Below, piece after piece: positions 1 through 10,869 of a stretch of 64,000 nt of DNA; position 1 is the stretch's first letter; each line of letters starts with the position of its first letter. This DNA is from Pristiophorus japonicus (lineage: Eukaryota), in NCBI RefSeq assembly GCF_044704955.1, contig NC_091992.1:12648001-12712000 (forward strand), read 5' to 3'. Position numbers and translations under genes: made by a program. The notes below the pieces were generated by a model. It was not told the origin of the DNA, made no database searches, and worked only from the letters and a program-made list of their open reading frames with translations.

Positions 1-298
1 GAGTTGACCAATTTCAGTCTGGTGGTGGTGGAAAGTTAACCAGGATTCTTGCTCCTGATCACTATCCACTGATCCCTGCTAGAAGCGTGCCCACATGGAC
101 GCCAAATGAAAACAGAACCGTACTTAGTTGCAATGTCTTCTACGGTTAAACAGCCTTCTGACATGCACCAACAAGGCTCACAAATGAGTAATTGCAGTTT
201 GCTTGAGGCACCAGAGATGGGGCAACCAAGCAACACCCAAGGGACTGTTGCTTGCGGCAAGGTGTCAACATCTTGAAGATGGGAGAAATTAAAATTAC

Positions 299-456
299 CT
301 TGTTCATTTTGCTTTCTTCAACTACTTCCTTAGAGATGTCCTGCAGAATGTCAGGAGACAGGATGAGGAGGATGATCTGCAAAGGCCATACCGCTGCTTT
401 CCGTTTGGCGCTTTCAGCAAAGCTATCCACAAGGTCAAACAGCTTCTCCGAACAAT
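299..456 (-). CDS. NF1: Neurofibromin coding exon 8 (DCSEKLFDLVDSFAESAKRKAAVWPLQIILLILSPDILQDISKEVVEESKMNK)
   Basis: Length 158 nt as in human; AAG acceptor; GTAATT donor; within ORF 146..634. Confidence 0.94.
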
Positions 457-1787
457 CTTTTATTTTGTGCAGTGGAGAGGTGGGAGGGGCAGAGAGAAAA
501 GGAGTGCAAACAGTGAGAATACATCCAAGTGATATGGACTGTGCTGGTAGCAAAGCTAATAAACCAGCCAGTCTAAATGAAATATTTTTTTTTAATATAA
601 AATGAGAAAATATGAGTTGACTGTACATACTCAAAATGTTCCTTTATCTAAAAATAAAGTCATTGTTCAATAGAAGCACGTAGACATTTCTTGGAGAGCA
701 GTACAATTTATTTGATTAAAACCCAGACATTCCACAACTGCTCCACATCCCGTAGATCTACAGCACCTGTTTAAGTCATCAGTGGTAAATGCAATGGATG
801 CACTCAAACCACATGGGACTGCAGAGGAATATTAATACTTGGGTAGAACTGTTTGGAGTGGATGAGTTATGAGGGGACAGCATGCATGAACACGTTCAGT
901 GCCTTGAATGCACTTCCGTCTGTGGCAGGAATCAATGATATAAAACTGTAACATTTTATTGGACCAGACATGTGCACTTTTCTTCTTGAAGGAAGAGAAC
1001 AAATCTAATACCCTATTGGATATCGAGCAAATAGGAATTCATTATTACAATTTAATTTTCTTAGCAAGAGAGTAAATATAAACCTACTGTTTTTCTTCAT
1101 TTTTATTAACTGTTTATCAGCAATCTCCAGCTGTCTGTGGACGAATACACTGCAATACCACATGATTGATATCGAACTATCAGGCAAGTGAGCACTAACC
1201 CATCAGCTTTTAGCCTTACATCAGTCACTGCACTCCAAATGTAATCTATTGTGTGATGCACTGAGATATTTCAATATTGTAAGGCACTATATAACACTTT
1301 ATTTCTTTTTAAATGTGTGTTCTCTCAGAATATGGGAGATGCTGACAAAACCGCATTCACTGCCCTGCCCCGGGAGCGAGCCCTCTCTTTCGACTGTTGC
1401 ATTCCTTGTGCTGATGAATGCAAGCATGTTGTACTTTCTAGTCAGTTATTTTTACTTCACCATTTGTTTACCATAAATCACAATAAAAGTAAAATGAATA
1501 ATTCTCCAAGTACTTCTTATGCCTTTCAGATTTTACTAAAAATAATTGGCCAAAGTTGAAATCTACCCACATGGGCCTGACTGTCACTACTCATTTACGC
1601 TTATAATAAGGGTACTGCTTCACAAAGAATCCACTGAGGTCTAAATACAAGTAAACACAACCACTACAATATCCAAGGAAAATACAAGTTTTAGCAAACA
1701 CTGCATGAATATCCCTCCCCAGCACAAACATGTACTGTTGCTTCCATTCCAGCACTAATGGCAGTTGTCATTTTTAGCATCACTTAC

Positions 1788-1863
1788 CTGCTAGGTCAGG
1801 CTGGGGTCTCTGATACAGCATGGTGAACTCGTCTGGATAACTTTCCACCCAATTCCAAAACGC
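1788..1863 (-). CDS. NF1: Neurofibromin coding exon 7 (AFWNWVESYPDEFTMLYQRPQPDLA)
   Basis: Translated manually. Length 76 nt as in human; TAG acceptor; GTAAGT donor. Confidence 0.95.
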
Positions 1864-2462
1864 CTAGAGGTTAAACAATTTATCACATTTTGTAAGTACT
1901 TCAACTTTAAACAAAACGATTGAATTAGAAATCACGTGTAAGATATTGCATCTGAATCAGCTGACAACTGGGTCTGTTTTGCAATTCTGAAAGCTTCATT
2001 TCATGGTTCACTTGTGCCGTAAAGTTTGCTCTAACAAATTAAATGCATTAATGTGCAATGTTCTATCGATATTTAAAAACACAAATGCTGCCTTTTGAAA
2101 AACATGAAAACTTTTCATCCCGTATAGACCAACATCACTGCTCTCTTTTAAACCACACAGCTCAAGACCCAGCCCTGGCTGACATTCAAACCCAGTGGAT
2201 GCATCAGTACAGATTTTCAACAGCTTTCAACTGCACTTCTTTATGGGACACCTCATGTACAAAGAATATCCGGATAGGAGGATGGGAAAGGGAAAGTGGG
2301 GGAGGGAAGGGGGGGGGGGGGGAGAAAGAGAAGTGAGATAAGAATGGGAAAAAGACATGAGGACAGATGCACATAAAGGTGCAGTTTCCCAGACAGGCTT
2401 TAAAGGAGCAGAAACACTGATCAAAGTTTCCTGCTGTCTATTCCAGGGACTATGACAGAAAA

Positions 2463-2730
2463 AAAGACACTGATTTATATAGCGCTTTTCACAACTTCAG
2501 GACGTCCAAAAGCGCTTTACCGTCAAGGAAGTGCTTTTGAAGTGTAATCATTGTTGTAATGTGGGAAGAACACAGCAATCCCCCACAAACAGCAATGTGA
2601 TAATGACCGGATAATCTATTTTAGTGATGTTGATTGAGGGATAAATATTGGCCAAAACACTACAGGAAAGTGCCAGCTCTTCTCTGAAATAGTGCCGTGG
2701 GATCTTTTACATGCACCAGACGGTTTAAGT
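2463..2730 (-). mobile_element. Deu-domain SINE fragment (SacSINE1/AmnSINE1-like)
   Basis: Contains ...GAGGGATAAATATTGGCC...GAAATAGTGCCGTGGGATCTTTTAC..., shared with copies at 14436, 30190 and 62630. Has an L2-like tail. Confidence 0.75.
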
Positions 2731-2988
2731 CTTCCAAGTTTCTTAAGGTGACCAAGACAATTATGGATCTAAACTTCCAAGATGTTAAAAAAAACATTTA
2801 TCATAAGCACCCCCACACATTTTGTTGAAACAGGGCTATAATTCCATGGATTCAGCAGTGAACAGATGTGTGCGCAATTTTGGAATGCTTCAATTGTTGT
2901 ACACAGATGAACCATCACTCAAATTATCTTCCTGCATCCATCAGATGTCCACCAGATGATTAGTGGCAAAATGCAAAGTCACGCTTAC

Positions 2989-3056
2989 CTTTTCAAGACT
3001 GTTTATGACTGCCAACTGAGCTGCCTTTTTCAGTGATTTGAATTTAAAGACCGTCT
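2989..3056 (-). CDS. NF1: Neurofibromin coding exon 6 (ETVFKFKSLKKAAQLAVINSLEK)
   Basis: Length 68 nt as in human; CAG acceptor; GTAAGC donor; within ORF 2941..3171. Confidence 0.95.
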
Positions 3057-5488
3057 CTGTAGCAAATAAAAGGGTTTCATTAGGTTTTTTTTCCTGGACC
3101 ATTTGGAACAAATCCCGGAAAAAATGAAGTGGTAAATATTTGGGAAATAGAATGAACAGGGCTAAGTTCAAGGAGGGTATACACTTGTTTAGGTTAAAGG
3201 ATTAATTGTGCATTCTACATTCTGAGTTCCAAGTTATTAAATCGAGCACTTCATTGACTTGGAATATTCTCCTCCACCCACCCCATCATTAAATGCATGC
3301 ACCATTTGTCTCCTCCCTTTGCCACGTTTTAACCACAATAGAGGGGTCAGGTAGGCAACCAGCTTCCAGTTCTCGGTCACGTCCTTTCAAGGGCCTCAAA
3401 GAAGTTCAAGGGAGGCATCCCAATTGACTCACCTTCCCCATCTCCCTACCGGAAACACAAAGCATCCTCCTTAGCCCCTCAAACAACAGCAGAGCAAGAA
3501 CTCCAAGGCTGGATGAACCGCCAACCTTTGGCACAATAGACTGCTTCACTGTAACACAACCTCTTGTTTTAATGAAAGGCACTAACGTGTAAAACAGAGG
3601 CAGTGACAAGTGACACAGAAAAGGAGCAGGACTGACATATACCCCACATGCACACAGACCCAACACTGCCAACAGCTCGAGTTAAAGGCAAGTTAATCCT
3701 GCCATTTCCCTCCATGTTACACACAGCTCAACTATTATCCCTCAAGAACCAGTTTGTTCCCACCCTTAACCGCATTCTGCTCACATCAAGCAATTGTTCT
3801 GCATAGGTGATACGTAGGATGCTTTAAAAATACTACATTGGTATTTGAGCTGGTACAGAAACAGATCCATCACTCATTTCAAAAAAAGTTGAGCCAAGTT
3901 TAAAATCACTTTATACATGAATATTCAAATTTCCATGTTTATCCCAAATGTGTGCATGACCATGAACAAGAGCAATATTGTGCATCTCCTATTCTCTTTC
4001 AAACATTTGGACCACTTACTTGTAGTCAATGTCAACTTCAGACAGACCAAATTCCATAGAGACTTACTAGGGCCATCAATAGCTTCAACACTCCCTCTAA
4101 TCTCCCTGCTCAGGCCTTCAAACTTCTCCTCTGATGTGGAAAAAGTCACAGGGATTGAATTTCTGCATAGGTTTCCCCAAAGTATCCACTGCAACTTTGG
4201 TGGAAGAGCCAAGGAAACCCTGGAGATGCTGTATGAAGGCAGACGATCGGGAGAAACCCTGCGGAAATTGCAAACTTTTGTAGAGCTTTATATAGCTTTT
4301 GTTGCTGCCTTTTAAACTGGTCTTTGTAAGCTTGTTATAATGTTAATGAAGCGTTCGCTCCCTACCTCACTTCGAGGTGCTCAAGATTACCACCACTGGG
4401 CAGCTGCTGCCCAGCTGTACCCAAGTCTTAGAACTTTGTTACTCGTGCTTTTCATACACTTGCCTGTCTGAAGCATAATGTCCACCCAATGATTTAATAT
4501 CTCGTCCCCACCTTCAAAAGAAAACAGAACTCCTGTCCATTTTAGGGCAAAGGAAGCAAATTGTTGTATTACCAGCTAATCCTCAAGCTCTCTCACATCA
4601 GACTCAGCAATGTTGCACAAATAATAATAGATATCTCCCCACACTGCACACTGAAACAGACCCATCCACAGACAGAGTGCTTTCCACAAACACTGCACCA
4701 ACGTGACCTCTTTCATTTCCCATACTGCACATTAGTCAATTGTCAGTGGGATTGCCAATTTACTTCAATTGCGATATTGCAGTGAAACATCAAACTTCCA
4801 TAGATTCAGACTGCACAAACGCATTTTACTATTGTCACCCAAGAGGACAGACATGATCTCTTTAGCTGCTTGCTCAGAATGAAACAAGTGGCGTAAAACT
4901 TCAGTCAGTGTTCGGATTTCTATCCCACATTCAGTCCACTGCCACAATCTCCTCCTTTCATCTGTAGAGAATTGGCTGCTTATGCCGTCATCTCATTCTC
5001 TCCATTGCAGAAACCCAAACCTACATCATCGCTTTTTTGAAAATGTCTCTCATCAGTCTCTCCACCTCCATCCTTACAAACTACACACCTGAAGTCCTCG
5101 CTCAGACCAAGTTCCATACACACGTGCATGCACCTGGCATTTCTCAAAGTCTAGATGACTGCACCCACCCTACTGCTCGATCGTTGATCTTTCAGTCATT
5201 GCACCAGATAGCCTGTGGAACATCTGCTAAATCCCATTCACCTTGCTATCTCCCATACTGCCTTCAAAGAAAGCCCATTTCTTGCTCATGCCTCTGGTTT
5301 CTGACCTCATCCAACGGTATTATTTCCAGTAATGGTATCCACATATGGTCTGAAGCCTTGAGGCTTCACTTTCAAAATTTAAAAACATTGAGGCAGGAGG
5401 AAAAAGCAGGAGAGGAAGTTTAGTTTCTGAAAGTGCAAAGATATTTAACCCTGAAAAAAAGAGTAAAAAACACCTAAATGCACTTTAC

Positions 5489-5595
5489 CTTGCAACAATC
5501 GCTTGAGTCTTGTGCAATCCACATTAATGTGCTGTATTAATTCGATGTCATTGACGTCTGTACTGTCTTCCGAGCACAAAGCCAGCTCCTGTAAC
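5489..5595 (-). CDS. NF1: Neurofibromin coding exon 5 (LQELALCSEDSTDVNDIELIQHINVDCTRLKRLLQ)
   Basis: Translated manually. Length 107 nt as in human; TAG acceptor; GTAAAG donor; phase continuous with exons 4 and 6. Confidence 0.95.
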
Positions 5596-6322
5596 CTACA
5601 AATGAATAATATATAACTTATTCAGTGAGCAAATAGGTGTGAACAATTAGAAAGCTAATCAGCAGCAAACCCAGGTTTGCTCAAACATAGCAACTAAACT
5701 AAGCACTGACCAAGCAGCACATCCAACTCTTGCTGAAGATCATCAATAGTACAATAATTGACGACTTAAAGGAATATGTTTTGAGAAAGTGTTACTGCAG
5801 TTTTATTCCTGAAAATCAAAAAAAAAGAGGGCACAGTAAAAGCGACAAATACAGCCCAATGAACATAGTCCCGGGAATTGGCTGCAAGTACGAATTTTAT
5901 GTTTGAGATTTATTTCCCTTCAAATTTGCAGGCCAGCAACAATAAGGGCTACTTAATAGGACCCGGGGGGCAGGGTCGATTGTGTTACCCAAGTCTTGCG
6001 AGTGCTTACAATCTCAATCTAAAAGACAGTTCTTTTGGGGTAGTCTAAGATTTTGTAACTGAAGAACTGTATGCCACTGTAGCCCTGGATGTTGAATCAT
6101 GCCACTGACTGCGCAACAGGATTGACTCAGAACTGTTTCAGATTTTAAGCTGTGCTCACCACCTTGATCCAAAGCAACATACCATCTGTTACAGTGCAGC
6201 AAGATTTATGATTCAAAGTTATTTAGTGCATTTCCTGTGACAAGGGGCAGCAGCAGTGAGATGGATTGGACGAATTGGGCTGAAATATGGGTCCTGGGTG
6301 ACATTTGTACGCTACCTTTTCC

Positions 6323-7004
6323 TCTCTCTCTCTTAGGCGGCCCCTTGAATGAGGATGACGTGCTTCCGCGCCAAAAGGGGATAAGTTCAATGAGTTCACA
6401 GGTGTTTTAATGAAGGACCTAATATTCCAGGTCCAGAACTGCATATTGAAGGGTGGAAAATGCATGTGCGTGGATTTTTTTTCAAACATAAGGTGGCCGT
6501 TGCACACCAGCCACCACACGGGTTTGACAGAGCTTGGTCTTGGTCCAGTGGCAAGGGTTAACCAGGACGACTGTAGACCAGCTCTGCTGCACGGACTTAG
6601 TGCGCACACATATCGCAGTGTGGGCTGGCCCGTGCTGCCCCTGGGCCCATGCCTCTTCTGGGCCCCGATCACATCACTCTACAGTTTCTCGCCACTCCCT
6701 CGCCCTGACCTCACCGCTCCTGCTGTACCTGCTCACACTCCAATCACCGACCTGGGATATGACTGGCTCGCGCTGTACCCTGTAGTGGTATGTCACCACG
6801 CTGCTCCGAGGCCATAAGCTCGCCGCTCCTTTTAAGGCCTGCCCCGACCTGCCATTGATGCTCCCACGCAGGTCGGGGCCACCACGCTGATCCCAGACCC
6901 TCGCTCGCCGCTCCTTTTAAACAGCGTGGCGGCCCCGACCTGTGTGGGAACATCAGCGGCAAGTCGGGGCCTTAAAAGGAGCGGTGAGTGGCGGCCTGGG
7001 AGCA
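6323..7004 (-). mobile_element. Non-autonomous, internally deleted RTE-derived retroelement
   Basis: GC-rich 5' region, then the ORF start MQFWTWNIRSF (APE motif I), then an RTE-like 3' end with an (AG)n tail. Flanked by GCTACCTT(TT)CC at 6311-6322 and 7005-7014. Confidence 0.7.
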
Positions 7005-8689
7005 GCTACCTTCCATCAGATGGTAAGATGCCAATCGCAGCTGGGACAACACTGGAGGTGGTATGTGACACCTCGAAAAAGTCCGCTACATTTGCAAACA
7101 TTGTCCATTGAAATTGGCCTCTATTTCTCTGGATGATATTTATATTGTCGCTCCATTTAATTGCTGCAAATTTTTCTCAAGTTGCGTTCTCTTCCTCTCG
7201 CCAGAAGTCATTATGTGGATAAGTTTCACAAAGAAAAGCGAGTCATAATTTTCCGATATTAGAACAGTGACTACACTTCAAAAAGTACTTCATTGGCTGT
7301 AAAGCACTTTGGGACATCCGTCTGGTGGTCGTGAAGTGTGATCTATAAATGCAAGTCTCTCTTTCTTTCTATCATTTACCCATAATTCTCAACAGGAAAA
7401 AGTTCTCTTGCACATCCCACATTCATTAAGCAGTGGGTTTGGAGTGTGGTGAACAGAGAATTATGCAGCATTTCAAATAACCAGTGTGGAGAAGAATAAA
7501 GGATACGGTTACCCTTGGGTTTAATTTACTTTTCAAGGTTTAAAAAAAAATCTTTCCAGACACGGTACCCAATAGCTATACAGTACAGGTGGTATTTTAC
7601 CCACAAAGAGACCTGCAGAACCCCCCTCATACTTTCAGAACTTTAAGGATCTTTGGCAAGAATGAATCATATAAAGAAAGACTTTCATTCATATAGCCTC
7701 AAATCTCTGGCGTGGGACTTGATCCCACAACCTTCTGACTCACTGTGTCCCACTGAGCCACGGCTGACACCAATGAAAAAAAATAACTGCTTTACAGCCC
7801 ACTATCGAAATGTAACCTGTGATTTACACTATTACCTCATCCACAATCAGATTTAGTAGGCAGCAACCGTTTAATATTCCATATATACATGAAGGAGGCA
7901 TAGCAAAATAAGGCATCGGAAGAAGAAATGTGCTGAAATGACAACTTTAGCCAGGACTGAAAAGGCATTAAAAAATGTACAACTTTTACATTGCATTTCA
8001 ATTACAAAAGAACCATTAATCACAAATACTCAGTCATTACCATTTTGCAAAACGTGACTCTTAAACCAGCTGTACCATACCCTGCCTGCTCAAAGATGGC
8101 CACACCTCTCATCAAACAAACCAGTTCAGAGATATGCTCTCCATGAAACACCACCAGATCCTCCATCCCTTTGTGGGAATGTGTTATGACCGGCAAAGCT
8201 TGTGACATGCCAAGAATCCTACAGCTGCTGCAACAAGGCTTAAAATATGTCAAACAGGAAGATAGGAGGTTAAGAGGTCAGCAACATTAGTGCCAGCAGC
8301 CGACCAAACTTGGAGACCGACGTCATGAAAGGATGTAGGATTTACCCAATGCATTACTCAGCTCTGAAATCAAGCAAGCTCGGTATGTCCAGGACTTAAA
8401 AGTGAACCTACAGGGGCCATTTAAATGACTGCCATCAAATGAAGCACAAATAGTTTCCAGAAAATCTCAGCAGTAACCGAACTGCCAGCATGATTTTTGA
8501 CTCTAACAAATAGTACACAAATGCATGCGTGCAGAATATTTCCTCTATTTCTCCCCTTTTCTTGGTCTCACTCTGCTTCCCCCCCCACCAATGTAACGTG
8601 CATGTAACGGTTCTGTGGAGCATTCCTACACAATCTTAAAATTAACTCTGTCCTAAATCTCTTGCATTTAATCACATCTATGTCCCATT

Positions 8690-10524
8690 GGAAACAGAGC
8701 GCGAGGCGGAGGGGGGGGCGAGGGGGAGAGGGCGAGGCGGAGAGGGGGAGAGGGCGAGGCGGAGAGGGGGAGAGGGGGAGGCGGAGAGGGGGAGGCAGAG
8801 AGGGGGAGAGGGGGAGGCAGAGAGGGGGAGAGGGGGAGGCAGAGAGGGGGAGAGGGGGAGGCAGAGAGGGGGAGGCAGAGAGGGGGAGAGGGGGAGGCGG
8901 AGAGGGGGAGAGGGGGAGGCGGAGAGGGGGAGGCGGAGAGGGGGAGAGGGGGAGGCGGAGGGGGAGGGGGAGGCGGAGAGGGGAGAGGGGGAGGCGGAGA
9001 GGGGGAGAGGGGGAGGCGGAGAGGGGGAGGCGGAGAGGGGGAGAGGGGGAGGCGGAGAGGGGGAGAGGGGGAGGCGGAGAGGGGGAGAGGGGGAGGCGGA
9101 GAGGGGGAGAGGGGGAGGCGGAGAGGGGGAGAGGGGGAGGCGGAGAGGGGGAGAGGGGGAGGCGGAGAGGGGGAGAGGGGGAGGCGGAGAGGGGAGAGGG
9201 GGGGAGGCGGAGAGGGGAGCGAGAGGGGGAGGGGGAGAGGGGGAGAGAGGGGGAGGCGGAGAGGGGGAGAGGGGGAGGCGGAGAGGGGGAGAGGGGGAGG
9301 CGGAGAGGGGGAGAGGGGAGGCGGAGAGGGGGAGAGGGGAGGGAGGGGGAGAGGGAGGGAGGAGGCGGAGGAGAGGGGGAGGCGGAGAGGGGAGAGGGGA
9401 GGCGGAGAGGGGGAGAGGGGGAGGCGGAGAGGGGAGAGGGGAGGCGGAGAGGGGGAGAGGGGAGAGGGGAGGAGGAGAGGGGAGAGGGGGAGGCGGAGAG
9501 GGGGAGAGGGGGAGAGGGGGAGGCAGGAGAGAGGGGAGAGGGGGAGGCGGAGAGGGGGAGAGGGNNNNNNNNNNNNNNNNNNNNNNNNNNNNNNNNNNNN
9601 NNNNNNNNNNNNNNNNNNNNNNNNNNNNNNNNNNNNNNNNNNNNNNNNNNNNNNNNNNNNNNNNNNNNNNNNNNNNNNNNNNNNNNNNNNNNNNNNNNNN
9701 NNNNNNNNNNNNNNNNNNNNNNNNNNNNNNNNNNNNNNNNNNNNNNNNNNNNNNNNNNNNNNNNGAGGGCGAGGCGGAGAGGGGGAGAGGGCGAGGCGGA
9801 GAGGGGGAGAGGGCGAGGCGGAGAGGGGGAGAGGGCGAGGCGGAGAGGGGGAGAGGGCGAGGCAGAGAGGGGGAGAGGGCGAGGCAGAGAGGGGGAGAGG
9901 GCGAGGCAGAGAGGGGGAGAGGGCGAGGCAGAGAGGGGGAGAGGGCGAGGCAGAGAGGGGGAGAGGGCGAGGCAGAGAGGGGGAGAGGGCGAGGCAGAGA
10001 GGGGGAGAGGGCGAGGCAGAGAGGGGGAGAGGGCGAGGCAGAGAGGGGGAGAGGGCGAGGCAGAGAGGGGGAGAGGGCGAGGCAGAGAGGGGGAGAGGGC
10101 GAGGCAGAGAGGGGGAGAGGGCGAGGCAGAGAGGGGGAGAGGGCGAGGCAGAGAGGGGGAGAGGGCGAGGCAGAGAGGGGGAGAGGGCGAGGCAGAGAGG
10201 GGGAGAGGGCGAGGCAGAGAGGGGGAGAGGGCGAGGCAGAGAGGGGGAGAGGGCGAGGCAGAGAGGGGGAGAGGGCGAGGCAGAGAGGGGGAGAGGGCGA
10301 GGCAGAGAGGGGGAGAGGGCGAGGCAGAGAGGGGGAGAGGGCGAGGCAGAGAGGGGGAGAGGGCGAGGCAGAGAGGGGGAGAGGGCGAGGCAGAGGGCGA
10401 GGCAGAGAGGGGGAGAGGGCGAGGCAGAGAGGGGGAGAGGGCGAGGCGGAGAGGGGGAGAGGGAGGCGGAGAGGGGGAGAGGGCGAGGCGGAGAGGGGGA
10501 GAGCGAGACAGAGAGAGAGAGAGA
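8690..10524. repeat. Purine-rich 22-bp minisatellite (GGAGAGGGGGAGAGGGGGAGGC / AGAGAGGGGGAGAGGGCGAGGC)
   Basis: Tandem units are directly visible. There is no T on the + strand in the sequenced part. Confidence 0.97.
9565..9764. other. Assembly gap (200 N)
   Basis: Run of exactly 200 N inside the minisatellite. Confidence 0.99.
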
Positions 10525-10774
10525 TTGTCTGAAGTTATTAAATGTTAATCTGCAAAATAAATTATCTTCTGTGAAGCTTGGGATGCATCAGTAACTCTTG
10601 ATCGACAGCAAACCAAATTATTGATCCTCTGAAAACCAATCCTGATTTTATTTGTCGGTTCCATTCAAGACAAGCACCAAAAGAAATGCAAACATATAGG
10701 CATTAAAATAAGCTTAATTTCACAAGAAGGACAATAGGTCAGCATTAGCAAGTCGGGGGGGGTTCATTTTGAAC

Positions 10775-10869
10775 ATTTGCCAGTTCTGATGAAGGGTTTG
10801 CTCTGTTTCTCTCTCCACAGATGCTGCCTGACCCGCTGAGTTTTCCTGCATTTTCTGTTTTTATTAGAC
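10775..10869 (+). mobile_element. Short repeat fragment with a CTGATGA hammerhead-like half core (probably Penelope-derived)
   Basis: CAGTTCTGATGAAGGG...CTCTGTTTCTCTCTCCACAGATGCTGCCTGACC. Degenerate relatives lie at ~44015 and ~58553. Confidence 0.5.

Noticed and set aside
1310-1435. Possible H/ACA-like RNA on the - strand (TTGCATTC/GAATGCAA stem, terminal ACA)
   Set aside because: No convincing second hairpin or properly placed H box.
4150-4276. Imperfect inverted repeat AATTTCTGCATAGGTTTC / GAAACCCTGCGGAAATT
   Set aside because: Possibly an old MITE, but too degenerate and without a TSD to call.
8662-10548. 628-aa and 614-aa Gly/Arg/Glu-rich ORFs
   Set aside because: Artefacts of a T-free minisatellite, which cannot contain stop codons, and they span an N gap.
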